From Octopus vulgaris (Eukaryota), in contig OX597826.1 of assembly GCA_951406725.2 (NCBI GenBank), positions 35,464,001-35,528,000 of the forward strand: 64,000 nt of DNA. Reading direction: 5' to 3'. The translations under genes and the position numbers were made by a program. This document shows positions 14,084 to 29,285 of the stretch, one piece after another. Below the pieces are notes generated by a model that was given only the letters and a program-made list of their open reading frames with translations, was not told the origin of the DNA and searched no databases. How positions within the stretch are numbered: the first letter of the stretch is position 1; every line of letters starts with the position of its first letter.

Positions 14084-14241
14084 GACAGGCTCCTTTCAGT
14101 TTCCATATACCAAATCCACTCACAAGGCTTTGGTTGACCGGAGGCTATAGTGGAAGACACTTGCCCAAGGTACCACGCAGTGGGACTGAACCCGGAAAAA
14201 TGTGGTTGGCAAGTAAGCTACTTACCACACAGCCACTCCTG
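13872..14241 (-). mobile_element. SINE family C
   Basis: Reverse complement matches family C head, body and tail. Confidence 0.88.
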
Positions 14242-14249
14242 GGCTATAT

Positions 14250-14341
<92 letters not shown>

Positions 14342-14801
14342 TAATCTTTACCTAATGAATATCAAGACAACTTTCTAGATGAAAGTCAATGATTGTATGT
14401 AGCCAGAGAGAGATACAGAAAGTTAACAAACAAAACGAGAAAGAACCATAGAAAGTATGAAAGATAAGGTGAGATAAGTAAAGTATACAAGGCGAAAAAA
14501 AAGTAATATCATAACACCGCGAGATAATCGCATAGAATTTCTATAATTTCAAAGAAATATCAATAAAATTAGTTATATGTATTTGGAATTTATTGGGAAT
14601 CTTTCTTGTGGCGATTGTTAGTTTGTTAAATTGCTAAATTAAAATATTTTTTGTTATTCATCACTGAAAAGAATGAATTAAACAGTTATAGCTTGAAGCG
14701 CACTCAGTATACTATTTCACTCAAATGTCGTCATTAAATTATAATTCCAGTCATGTATGTATGCAGGCATATATGTGTGTGTGTGTATATGTATATATGT
14801 A

Positions 14802-14853
<52 letters not shown>

Positions 14854-14897
14854 TAGATAGATAGATACATACATACATACATACATACATACATACA

Positions 14898-14930
<33 letters not shown>

Positions 14931-14937
14931 GTATATG

Positions 14938-15374
<437 letters not shown>

Positions 15375-15755
15375 GGTACAATTAAGGTTGGGGCTTCTTT
15401 CGCTTCCTTCTGAAGACACCATTGAATGCTCTACGTTGAAGAGTGACTGAATAAATCACAAACCGCACTGTTAATGTTACTGGTTTGGTTGCACTGAGTA
15501 TCTGATGTGCCCTCAAATTAGAAGACTCTCACTTCTTGCTTTCTTCTAAGATCACCTAATGTAATTGGTCATGCTACAGCTCCAAAACTAACTGTCTTAA
15601 TATTTTCATAAAAATGTATTATGCCAATATTTGTTTCCATAATATTTTCTATGTCCTTGAACTCTGTTTCATATTCCTCATTCCGACAAATGCTCTGCTT
15701 CTAAATTTTCGTGTAGCTGAGTATTTATTGATCCCACTGAAGATAATACATTTCA

Positions 15756-16113
<358 letters not shown>

Positions 16114-16114
<1 letters not shown>

Positions 16115-16244
16115 GACGAAGGCTGGAGGGTATATCAGCCGAACCACTGTGTTAACAACAAACAAGATGAAGACAAATATCTTTCAAATGTAAATAATGT
16201 AAATAATGTAAATAATGTACATAATTCCTCATCTCTTAAATATA
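16114..16244 (+). mobile_element. Family H1 cassette, 5'-truncated inverted right arm
   Basis: Begins inside the hammerhead core (TGACGAAGGCTG...CAGCCGAA) and runs to the common 3' end CATCTCTTAAATATA. Confidence 0.85.
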
Positions 16245-16945
16245 AAGCAATATGTTTTATGTTTAGATACACTAATATATGTAATGTAGAGCACTTCTAT
16301 GCTGTTTGTTTATTCCTTGTTTAGTATCCTGGGGTATTTAAGCGTATTGCAAATCGCAGTTGTATTATTTTAGTGTTTCCTACTTCCACTTTCAATGAGA
16401 AAAACTCGATGATAGCTTTTTTGTTATATGAAGGGCATCTCATCATCCCATCATTCTACACCATCGACGCAGCCCCCACCAAGCCACATATTGTTGTGTG
16501 TTATATCATTTATCCACCTAGCCATACTGTGTCACCAGGGCAACGGTGATCCTGAAACAACAACCTTGCCAAACTCACCGTTTGCAAACAAAAAGTTTAG
16601 TGTTCTCAGGTTGTCACATCATTCAGTGGGTACGTGTGTGGCAACCCAAACACTCATAGTCCTATGTCAAGAAGACCAGACTCTTCCATATAACCATACA
16701 TTGCTCTGCATATCAAATAGAGAGCTTCCGGCTTCCCTTAAGACATATGGAATTGCCTTCCGTTTCACAAGAAGCTAATTAATCTAACTTTTGTTTATTC
16801 CATTTTCTCCATGAAATTGTCGAAGACAGATGCACTGATAAACCATTTATTCTGGATTGTGACAAGTGTTAAATTCTTTTTTTTTTCTTTCACTGCGCTA
16901 ATAAAATATGTGGTATTGTTTTCCTTCACAGTTACAATGTTGACT

Positions 16946-17046
16946 TTCTCATGTTTTATGAGTTAAAAATGCAATGTCTATTTACAGATGTGTTGACAAA
17001 CATCTGTAAAATAGACGTTGCATTTTTAACTCTTAAAATATGAAAA
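16946..17046. repeat. Near-perfect ~100-bp palindrome
   Basis: GAGTTAAAAATGCAATGTCTATTTACAGATGT / ACATCTGTAAAATAGACGTTGCATTTTTAACTC. Confidence 0.9.
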
Positions 17047-17603
17047 CTTCTGGACAATTTCTACAGAAACCTCTGTTTTGCTATTCTAAAATTCTCAACA
17101 GTATTTCTGAAATAAATTTCTCTGATTTTGAAGCTACAAGTCATTTTAAATTACTAGCAAAGAATGCTTGCAAAGATAGAAATATAAACATGTGTCCAAG
17201 GAAAATGGAAAATACATTTTTATATTAAGAGGAATTTAGCGAGTTAGGAGAGAGGGTAAACATACAAATTTTGTGCAAAGAAAATTATTTTTAAAATGTC
17301 AATCCTACGATTTTTGTATTAATATAGATCCGAATCCCACGCTTGATTAACCCAACAGCACTTTTCCTTCATACAATCCCTCAAAAAAATATTTATATTC
17401 AGACATTATCTCATCAATATAAATAGACGAATGAGAAGCAACTGAAAATGGAGTTGTAAAGTGCCAGGTACATTTGTGAGAAAAGAGCAGGTATCAATCG
17501 CTTAATCACTCACAAATGAAATCTTCGAACAACAGTAATATATATAAAATTATTAAAGTGATTTATTTCTTGAGATTCCAAGATGCAATAAATATCATGA
17601 GCA

Positions 17604-17638
<35 letters not shown>

Positions 17639-17938
17639 GAGAAAGGAAGAATAGAAGGACAAGGGTAAAGAGAGGAGACAATGTAGAGTGAGAGGGTAGG
17701 AGGAAAAATGTTTGAAGGAAACATAGGAATGGAGAGAGAGAGAGAAGAAAGAATGAACACAAGATAGGAGAAAAGATAGCAGGTAACAAAATAGAAGAAT
17801 GAAATTAATGAACGAAAATTTCCAAATCCATGATGAAAGAAAAATTTCACAATCAAAATAGATTAAAATTTAACACAGGGAAAAAAGAAAGGGGGCAAGG
17901 AATACACAAGAATGAACTATGTGTGTGTAGATAGATAG

Positions 17939-17991
<53 letters not shown>

Positions 17992-18664
17992 CAGACAGAT
18001 AGATAGATAAATGGATAGATGGATGGATGGATGGATGGATGGATATTATTTCATCAATCACTGACATAAGTTTTGCAGTTTCGACCCACAGACATTCATC
18101 ACCACCTGCAACATAGGGTGCTTTTAAGATAGACTGCTCTGATACATGCGTAGAGGCCAGGGCTCCAGCTTTAAGATAACTTTCTCTTCTTTTCTTCCTT
18201 CTCATTCACCCTTTTTCTCCTTCATTGCCATCAGTCTTAGAAACTCTGTAAAGACTCATGACCACTGCATTTCTTTCAGCTAAAACTATATGTCCCTTTG
18301 TCTGCGTTTGCTTGTCTGTGTGTATTGTTTATTTAAGCTGAGGTGTTTTATTGTTACTCGTTTCACACACTAACGGTGGTCAGTTCTCACCTGATGATCA
18401 CTGTCGCATGAAACTGAAGATGCAATAAAGAAATTCCTTTTAATGCATACATTCATACATGTGTGTGTGTATGTATATATGTTTGTATACATATGTATAT
18501 ACATACACACACACACTCATATATATATGAGTATCAAATTACTCTTGAGACGTTATTAATAATATTAGAGGTGGAGAAGACCTAAAGCAATTTTTATATT
18601 TCAGATTTAATAGAATTACGGGTTTTTCGCGTAATTATGTAGAGTTAAACAGATTCTTAAGGGT

Positions 18665-19080
18665 CGAATAATACCTGTGCCTACATGAAATGATGCCTGA
18701 AAACTTATCTAACATTCAAGAGTTATGCATACGCAGAATTGATAGGGAATCCCTAACACAAAGATTACATTTACGCATATGTGAATTATAAAAGAAGGCT
18801 TCTGTTACTGTTAACCAAGATAATTTATACTGTGTATTTTGTGTTTTAAGGTTGTGGATATGCGTAGTTAAAGATGTAGAGCATTTAGTTTTAGTATTAA
18901 TAAACGAATTCATATGTGCGCGATATCTACGCTTAAAATTTACAGTACTCCCAACATATATCATTGCTTGGTGGTTGTGATGTGTTAACTCAACGCATTT
19001 GTATATGACATTTTTGCGAAGGTTAAATCCTTTAAGAAGGCATAAATTGGGTACACGGAAATTACAGAATTTTTTTATTT
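18665..19080 (-). mobile_element. Penelope-like element GIY-YIG endonuclease remnant
   Basis: CNFRVPNLCLLKG..KNVIYKC..IYVGSTVNFKRRYRAH..TSLTTHI..W..KCNLC..IISCRH is the PLE-type GIY-YIG layout; contains stops. Confidence 0.85.
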
Positions 19081-19665
19081 TAGATAGAATGTCGCCCCAA
19101 AGAGTTTAATTCGGGTCGATAAGTCATCGGCAGAGGTAAGTCCAACTTGGAGCCCACATCACAACCGAATTGGATGGCTCTACCGGAACCAGCATTCACC
19201 ACCCGGCGACCTGGGTTTTGAGATTCTGCCTTCGCTCCAGAATCACCCAGCATAGGAGAGCTCCTGATTCACATGTTTAAGCTATCTGCCTTGGAGTTTG
19301 TAATTATGAGAATAATAAATTTTATGGATTTACAATATTTTATATATTTTAATACAATTTTTAAAAAGTAAGTAGGACTAAATACTTTTGTACATACTTA
19401 ATATATTCTTAACATATTTGTATATATTCATATCTATATATTTTAATGTATTTTAATATATTTTGAATATGTTTATATATCTATATATTTTTAGCACATC
19501 ATTTGGTGCATACAATGATTTCACAAAAGAATATATTTTGGTAATTTACCCTTTGTCTCTCTTCATTATTTCTACTATTTTTCTATGGCTCAAATAAACT
19601 GAGCACTTCGAAGTACTCTATATAGAGAGATAATCCTATCTCCAGTATTTATATATATATATATA

Positions 19666-20022
<357 letters not shown>

Positions 20023-20464
20023 ACCCATTACTCGAATATCTTACTTGTGCGTGATATTTGCAGTGTTATGCCCATCAGATTTGTTGGCTATCGAGTGGCC
20101 ATTTTGTTGAGTGGAAGCAAAACCTATTGGCATCTGTGAAAACTATTGTAATCAAAGTTGGTCATTTATGAGGTTTACAACGTCCAACATAAACTGGAAC
20201 GAAATCAATAAAGTGGTTTATTTTTGCTTCAGTTTTAGTTTGCATATTTTGTTATTTATTTATTTTTGGCAAGGGTAGAAATAAATCTTTGTTGAGTTAC
20301 CGATGGGTTGAATCAGAGTGTAGGAAAGAAGATGTAGAAATTAAAGACAAAGGCATTTAGAGGAACGATTATGTCTTTCTATCTAGCTATGAAATAGGCT
20401 GATAACAAGGTAAGATAGATGGGTCAATAGATACATAAGCAGATAGGTGAGCAGATAGATAAAT

Positions 20465-20498
<34 letters not shown>

Positions 20499-20739
20499 GC
20501 AGACAGACAGAGATAAAGAGTAAATGTGTACGAGAGGAACAGACTTAATGAATGTAGAAAAGTGAGAAAAGATAGAAAAATAGAGAGAAAACTAGTTGAG
20601 ATAGTAAATGAAAATAGAGGCTGAAAGAAGTTAGATTAGAAGGAGAGTAATGATGAGAGGAGAAAATGTAGTGGGAAAAACTGAAAATAGGAGTGTGGGA
20701 CAAACATATGTACGTATTTTATGTATGCATCTATTCATA

Positions 20740-20783
<44 letters not shown>

Positions 20784-20979
20784 CACACACACACATATAT
20801 AAGTAGAAGAGAGAGAATCACACGTGTGTGTCTGTGTGTGTGTGCATCTAACTTTGATGTGAAAAATCTGTCAGAAGACTGACACACTTGATTTTTCTTG
20901 TTTTTGTTGTTCTTTTTTATATATATAATTTGCAACGTAAGAAATTCCCAAAACAGACTCACCATCAATCAGGCTGGAA

Positions 20980-21268
20980 GAAAAGATGATGAGGAGTATG
21001 ATGACGACGACGGAGGCAGTGGTGGCAGCTGCCGTGGCAGCGGCAGCAGCAGTAGTAGTGGCGGTGGCAGCAGCGACGGCAGTGTGGATAGTACTATCGG
21101 CATCAACGACGACAGCAATAATGATGATGTAAATGATGACAACGATGATGATGATGATGGTGATAAGGAGGAGGAAGAGGAGAAGGAGGATTATGATAGC
21201 GATGATGATGCTGTAGATGATGACACCAATGATGATGATGATTATAATAGCGATTATGGTGATTACTA
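20980..21268. repeat. Low-complexity GAT/GGC/GAG trinucleotide tract
   Basis: Mixed triplet repeats. Confidence 0.85.
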
Positions 21269-22369
21269 GGTGGAGGAGAAAATACAAGAAAAACAAAAGA
21301 ACAAGACCAAACATAAAAACAGAGCACAAATAAGTAAATAAATTAATTAATTAATGGAAACTGAGGGAAACGGAACGCTATGTTGATATCAATATCTTCT
21401 AAGACTGATTCCGCTGCATATGTTTTGAGGTTTTCTCGCAAGAGAGATTTACAGTAAAAAATGAAAGAAACCAAGAGAAAAAAAATATAAAGAGGAAAAA
21501 AGTAAACATTTAAATAAAAACAATAACAACAAATTATTCAGAAAAGAAAGAAAATAAATAAAAACAATCCTGAAGTTTGAGAATTCTAGACGAATGACTG
21601 ATGGATAGGAACATTTAGCTTTTCACATTTCGCACTTTGTTTCTTTCGTGATATCAAACAGCTCTGGTCGCGTGGTTTCTCTTGTGGTTACAGTTTGTAA
21701 ACTAAAGACAAACCCACTCTCTCTTATTTGGCAGCAAGTATTGGTTTGTTTGAGTCTGGATTTATATGTAGTTTTAGTTTCTGTGTGCACATGTGTGTCA
21801 GCATGTGTATGCGTGATTGTATGTACGTGTGTTTGTGGAAGTATATTTGTAAGTGTATATATATGCACAGGTCTGTGTGTGCGTTTTCTCATGTTTGTGT
21901 TTGTGTTGCGCTCACGAGTATATTTGATTCCAAAGATGTCAGTAGGTGATTGAACTGTTCTGAAAAATAATAGCAAAGTATGGAGGATTTTATGGCTTTG
22001 AAATTTGTCATCCTGATGTTTATATCTATATTTACTAAAATTTTGAAATTGTTAAAAGCGTTCTGTTCTAACGAAGTGTTTCATCAGAATGTGTTGTTGA
22101 ACCAAAAGCAGACATGACTGCTGAGAAGAAAAAAAACACAAAGAAGCCAAACCAGCTAAAAATGCCGATTCATAAATATCTAAAATACTTAAAAATATGC
22201 TGATACAATCTTTTAAATTCCAATACGCATGAGACAGCCTTCACAGTATTTAGTTATATGTAAAACAAAACCTCGTTTAATTTTTATAACTAGATTGATA
22301 TGAAATTCCAATTGTTCAGCAGTACTAGAATAGACCTAAGACACCAATATTTAACATTAGATTGACGTT

Positions 22370-22500
22370 GGGGTCCAATTTGCCTTTCATCCTTTCAAGG
22401 TTGAGAAAATAAGTGCCAGTTATGCACTGGGATCGATTTAATCAACTTACTCTTCGCCCCAAAATTGCTGGACTTGGGCTAAAATTTGAAACCAATATTT
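22370..22500 (+). mobile_element. SINE family B, partial
   Basis: TTTGCCTTTCATCCTTTCAAGG..AAAATAAGTGCCAG..AAAATTTGAAACCAATATT. Confidence 0.75.
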
Positions 22501-23310
22501 AACATTACTAAAAGCCCTGAAATTTCTGATTATATTGAAAATTAATTGAAGCATAGAATCTGTCTTTTGGCTAGAAATCTAGTCAGGGAATTTTTAGCAA
22601 TAAATTCACTCGATTGAAGCGATAATATTCGAAGCACTCGAGACAAGTGATGTATGACATTTCTCATATAAACGAGGAATATTTTGGCTTCCAACTTTTG
22701 CTAACAAGACGACGATCATGATTTATTTATTTTTAATATTTAAGGAATAATTGATTGCAAATCTAGACACCATTCAACGGAGCACCTTTATGGGTCAATA
22801 TCATCTTGATTCGCAATGGTGATTATTATAATTAATTAATCCATGGACAGCAGCAAGAAAATCCATCACTCCTATTTTATTAGTATAATAAAAGAATTCA
22901 TTATTATTAATGCTATTTATTGTTGTTTTATTATTCTATTTATTGTTTGTTGTTAGTGATATTTTGTTATTTCTCAGGTTATTGAATAAATGTCTTTTTC
23001 TCTCACATTAACTAGTTATTTCTATGCGCCTATAAATTCTAAGAAATTGCATACCTACACCTATCTTTATTTCTAGGTGTCTACAAACATTCATTAATTT
23101 GCGAATTCGAAAGCTATTTTATGCGACACCCCAAAAAAATCTAAACTTAGTTGCACAACAATGATCATAAGTATGACATTTTTATAAGAATAATAAATTC
23201 TGTTGGAGTGTTTGTGCTGGCAATTAAAGCCTGCAAGATGTTTAATAAATAATGTAAAAGAAAAATTCAGAATACATTTTATATATGCAGGCTATCATCC
23301 TTATATACAA

Positions 23311-23375
<65 letters not shown>

Positions 23376-24202
23376 ATCAATTTACATGCACATATGTATA
23401 AATGTATGCTCCAAGGACTGAGGTTAGGAAGAAAGTGAGCTTTAAGCAATCCATAGAAAATATTAAAAGAAAAACAACTTTCAGGAACAATAGTTTATTG
23501 TGGTTTATTGTGGCGGAGGGTTGTAAAGTGTTCCTATTTTGAAGTATGATAAACTGAAAAAAATTATTTTATATTTCACGGTAGGCAACCAGGGTTGCAA
23601 GGTATGTGAATAAAAATCCAAGAGTTCGGGAATGGAATTAATAAAATCCAGGCTACATGTTTTTCACAGTTCTCCACCCAAACTGTGCTCCACATGCATT
23701 CTGATCGAATCCAGTGTGTCTTAACATGGGCCTCCTAACAGCAATGTAAACTTCATTTAATCAACATACCCTTGGCCTGGTGAGTAGCCTGCATTATGGA
23801 CCTCGTTTGGATATTTACCACTTCCGAGGTTCCGTTCACTATGAAATATACTTAGCTCGGATTTTATGTGCTCCATTCCTTAACACTTGGATTTATACAC
23901 ACATACATACATATACATATATATTATGTCGTATGTAAACAAACAAGTTTGTTTTGAAAGTGTTGAAATGTATTATAGAACAAGTAGGAAGATAAATTTT
24001 ATTCAACGTATAGGTACTGGATAGTATATATATATATATATAAAGGATAAAATGTTTTTTTTTTCTTTTTTTAAAGCAGAAAAATTTGTCTGCAGTCAAC
24101 TCATGACAAATTTTTCAGCTTTAAAAAAGAAAAAGGATTTTATCCTTTATATATATACTCTTCAGTATCTATGCGTTGAATAAAATTTATCTTTCTACTT
24201 AT

Positions 24203-24535
<333 letters not shown>

Positions 24536-25032
24536 GCTGAAGCCAAGTGCATCCTGTATAATGACCATAAGGCAAATTTATATATATCAATCTGTCTACC
24601 CTGCATAACGTAGATATGCTGCGGTATTTAGCACAAGAAAGCATCTTATATAGACATATACTGGTGCTAACAAGCACAGAAGTATAAGTAGCAATCGGAA
24701 GGCTTCCTGTAGTGGTAGTGGAATTGCTAGATCATATGATTTCGCATATTTGCATGTCATCAGTAGCTAGCATCTGCTTTTGCATGCTTAGACAAATTTT
24801 TACATCTGTTGTAGAGAAGAAAAAAAAATTACTTGTGCTTGTGACACTGTAAATATGCCAATACACTATGTAAAGTTGTGGCATTAGAGAAGGCACTGAG
24901 CAAAAATAAAAGAATACTCATAACGGGATGTTCGAGTGAGACGTCGTGATGTTACTAAAATTCCTTTCTTACTATGGAAAAAGTACTTGAGATTGACAGA
25001 CAAGCAGATAGATACACAGACATACAATATTG

Positions 25033-25082
<50 letters not shown>

Positions 25083-25761
25083 CATACATACATACATACA
25101 TACATACATACATACATACATACATAGATAGATAGATAGATAGGAAATTAAATAGCGAATAAGAGAGGGAGATTCAGTATCGATTAAATAACTGCAGAGT
25201 CCTCTAAATCGACGATGTTCTCATCTCTCCATAGGCTTGTACTTTTATTTGTGTTCTACTTAAACCCATTTTCATTCCATCAATATCCTTTGCAAAGGTT
25301 TTGATTTTTGTTATTTACGATCAGTATTCGTTCACAAGTTTTTCCACTCTCTTTCAAGACTGCTTACTTCCTCAAGGAAATATTGTTCAAATGTTTCGCT
25401 TCTTTTCATATCATAACTTCCTCATCGCAATATTTAAATCTGTTGGTGACATTTCGAATTACTCAGTTTTTATAAGTATAAGCGTGTGTTTATGTATGTG
25501 CTGTCATGTGTGTGTGTGCGTATGTTTGTTGTACGTGCCTTTGTTACTTAATTCTTGATAAGAACGACTTGCTTTCGGGCTGTACATAAGAGAGAAGCTG
25601 CAGGTATATATTAATGTTGAGATTGCCTGATGAAAGGAATTTAAACTAAGCTACACTGCTTTCTTTTCATTCTTTGCCTGTATTTCTTTACCACTTCTTC
25701 AAATATATATAAATACACTCATACACACATGTAAGCATATACCTTTCTGTCTCTCTCTACA

Positions 25762-25810
<49 letters not shown>

Positions 25811-26434
25811 GTGTGTATATATCACTATTAATACAGCTATTCAAAACTCATACATTTATGCACACACATATATATATATATATGTATATATGAAATACAA
25901 TATTGTATACATATGCTGTGTGCTTGTGTGTGTGTGTGTATGAGTGAGTGTATGTGTGCACGCACACATGCACTATACGGAGTAAATGTTCTTACTTTCA
26001 CCTTGTTATGATCAATGATATGCCTCTTATAGCATTTAACCCCCACTTCCCTTACAGGCCGCTACATGTCACCCGAGTCACATGTGGTCAAAGCGGTACA
26101 GTGTTAGATCTAATGCTACACATCAATCCTCTTTCCTAATTCAAGAAAAGACTACCAGTAATATACATGGGTTTATTCACTCAACCAAATCGAATTCAAG
26201 AAGGTATATTTTCAAAAATAATCGACGTTTAACGTATGCTTTATTCTTTAAGTATTGATGTAGGACATAGCGTTAGTAGACCGACAGAATAACTTAGGTC
26301 AGTTTCACATTGTACACAATTTGGTCCACACCAATATTTAATTCATGTTTGTATTTCTATTGCTTCACTTTGAATTCCATTTCCATAAAATAAAACTCAG
26401 ACGTTCCTTCAAAAAGCTGCATTCTTCTCTTATT

Positions 26435-26630
26435 AATATTGGTTTTAAATTTTGGTACAAGGTTAGCAATTTTACATTGACCCCAGTGTTCAACTGGTGC
26501 TCATTTTATTGACCACAAGAAGATGAAAGGCAAAGTCAACTTTGGCAGAATTTCGACAGAGAACATAAAGACGGAAAAAATGCTGCTAAGCATTTTCACC
26601 TGTCATGCTAACTTTGCCAGCTTGCCACCC
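26435..26630 (-). mobile_element. SINE family B
   Basis: Reverse complement matches 4212-4430. Confidence 0.75.
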
Positions 26631-26697
26631 TTCTCTTATATTAGTATTAACTGTATTTCAACAGAATTCTTATACTTATCACATTGAACTAAAATGT

Positions 26698-26925
26698 TTA
26701 AACCTTTCATTACCAACCCGACCGAAACCGCCTCTAGCTCTGAGTACAAATATCTTGTTTTCTTAAGTTTTGAATTAAAATCTTTCACCAAAACTTAGTC
26801 ACAATTTATGTTCCTAACACTAGCTTAATAGTAACTAAGTTATTTTACTAAATTCTTTGTTATATTTAAAATAATTGAAAGAAACGCAGAGCATCTCAAA
26901 ATAAATACGGTAATGAAAGGATTCA
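26698..26925. mobile_element. MITE, probably piggyBac-type
   Basis: 12-bp TIRs CCTTTCATTACC (26703-26714) / GGTAATGAAAGG (26909-26920); TTAA on the left and TTCA on the right, each one base outside the TIR. Confidence 0.6.
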
Positions 26926-29285
26926 CAATCCTCACATAACATATGGTGGCTAAATCAACTTACCAGACTCCATCCCATCCTTAACTATGAACAAAATATA
27001 ATACACCAATTATTCAAACTGAGATTACTTAGTTTGGGAATGATAGAGAACATTCAGAACTCTTACAAGGAAATCCGGGAATGATGTAGTTGTGTTATTC
27101 TCAGAGAGTAGGGCTTGATTCAACAGTCTGCCACAGACTGAACTGCAATAAAACTGCCCAAAGTGTTAACAAACAACTTTTCCCATTCATACTTATGTAA
27201 TGTAGATTAACATGTGTTGTTTTTCTCTGCTGCACTTATTTACAGCTACATAGACCAGATAAAACATCTACCTACCCGGTGGTTTTCTACTCTTCACTTC
27301 TTGTGATCTCTGACTAGCATCGTGTAAGAGGCATGATAACTTTCAACGTTTATTTTTTAAGACAAAATTAAAACTGTATTTTCTTCCATGCTTAAAAATA
27401 CATTATTTGTGGAGTCTTGAGTTTCATGCCAATCTGGAGATGACAAAGGAAGTTATACCTGAGTACTCCTGGAAATATGTTGTTTTTTCTTCTTCTTTTT
27501 ATGAATGGTTCATGGTCAGTTAGTTAAAGTTCATCTCTACCCACATTTACATTAGGTGGGGAAAGTATCAGTTTAACTCCTGTTATAACACACAAATCTC
27601 TCACAGAACAATTTTCCCAGAAATGAAATAGTACTTGACACCATGTACGTCAGTTTTATAATATTACTGTAAATATGAAGAGTCGATGGAACTCTGTCAT
27701 TCCAGAATGGTTTCAGTGGCATAATATAAAATAGGAGCCTGGACGCTGGACGTGTACTAATGTTCATCCCCAGAAGTAAAGGATTATCAAATATCTTTAA
27801 GATTTTGTCATATTTCCAGTATATAAGTTTTGCATCAGAGAACAAAGTAGTTATCACGTGACTTTGGGAGGGATTTTTATTAGGGAAGTTTTACGGACAA
27901 TGAAAATTATAAAGATAGAAAAAAAGAGAGACAGAAAGACAATAAGAAAGGAAGAAAAAGCTGATATGTGTAATTTTGTCAGTTAATCATCGTTGATATT
28001 GTGTGTTTGCATTTGTTAGTTTTCCTACATTTTCAGCATTTTTAGATTGTGTCTTTATTTTTTTGCAATTAAAAATGTGTGGACTATGTATGTTTTCTTG
28101 TAATGAGACTAAGAAGAGAAGAAATGCTATTATAGCGGTATTAACAAAATATCAAATTAAGAATTATGAGAATTTTATTATATTAACTACAAGATTTAAA
28201 GAAAATTCTATTATGATGATATAAAGAATTTTAAGTTTATATTTAAAATTAAATTAAAATATTCAGATATCAACGTTATTAAAATTTGATGTGGTTTGTG
28301 AATATTATACATGAACATCAGTGGGTTGGACATAGAAATAAATCGATGTTTAAGGTAAAGCCAACGAAACAGTTTTTACATTGTGTCATGATAAACTCAC
28401 AACATTGACACTAGTTGCGCATTTGCTTAAATGCAGCCATTATTTCAACCTCATTCATTCTAACGTACCCCCATTAATATGGTAGTATATTAACATGAAT
28501 AGAAGGTCGGTTGTATGTATCGTGTTAGGAGTTTTCCCCAGCATTAAACCGCAGCAAATTTAGCGTATAAACAAACGACATACATTATGCATGTGTGACC
28601 TGTAATGTTTACATTACTAGAGTACCTTTTAATTCCTAAGATATATATATATATATATATATTAATGATGGCTTAACTGGCTGAAACTTCGAAGTCACTG
28701 ACAATACTCTTCTTTTTAATGAACTATATAAATGGAAAATGAGAGTGCAGTATTGAATTCAATGGGATATGGAAGTGAAAATGAAACCAAGTACAGTGAA
28801 GTTCATATTTTTCTACAAATATTGTCTATTTGGGTAGTATGTGTACAAGATATTTTGTAACGATGAGCCGTAATTCATTTCAAATCTTCATAAATAAGGA
28901 TTTCTTCCTTTATGCCAATAACATTTCGTGTATTTCTGCTGTGCATGCATTAGTAGGTCTCCTAGTCCCAAACTAAATCCATATTTTCTTGATGATGTTA
29001 CACATCTTAAGCAATGGTGATATATGTTTTAACATTCAAATATAAAGTGGTATGGAAGTGACTTTATCTTAGAAGTTGATAATGACCTTTCGAAGTTATA
29101 TATCTTTAACCAACAAAAATAGGTTCCACTTAAAAATGTTGTAACAATGCATTGGTTGGAGAACATAGTGCATAGGACTTAATTCCTAGTTTGATCTTTT
29201 ATTTAATTCAATTTTAGTCCAAAAAAGTACCCTTCAGCAAAATCTAGTAGAAGTTATTTCAAGTACCCTTCCTGGGAGTGTATGA

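Noticed and set aside
20871-21329. Asp/Gly/Ser-rich and hydrophobic ORFs on both strands
   Set aside because: Mixed trinucleotide low-complexity DNA; no domain or splice support.
27573-27857. Non-repetitive ORFs as possible host exons (also 16428-16778, 33365-33736, 45680-45997, 55625-55951)
   Set aside because: No recognisable motifs or convincing splice context; small exons cannot be excluded without RNA-seq.
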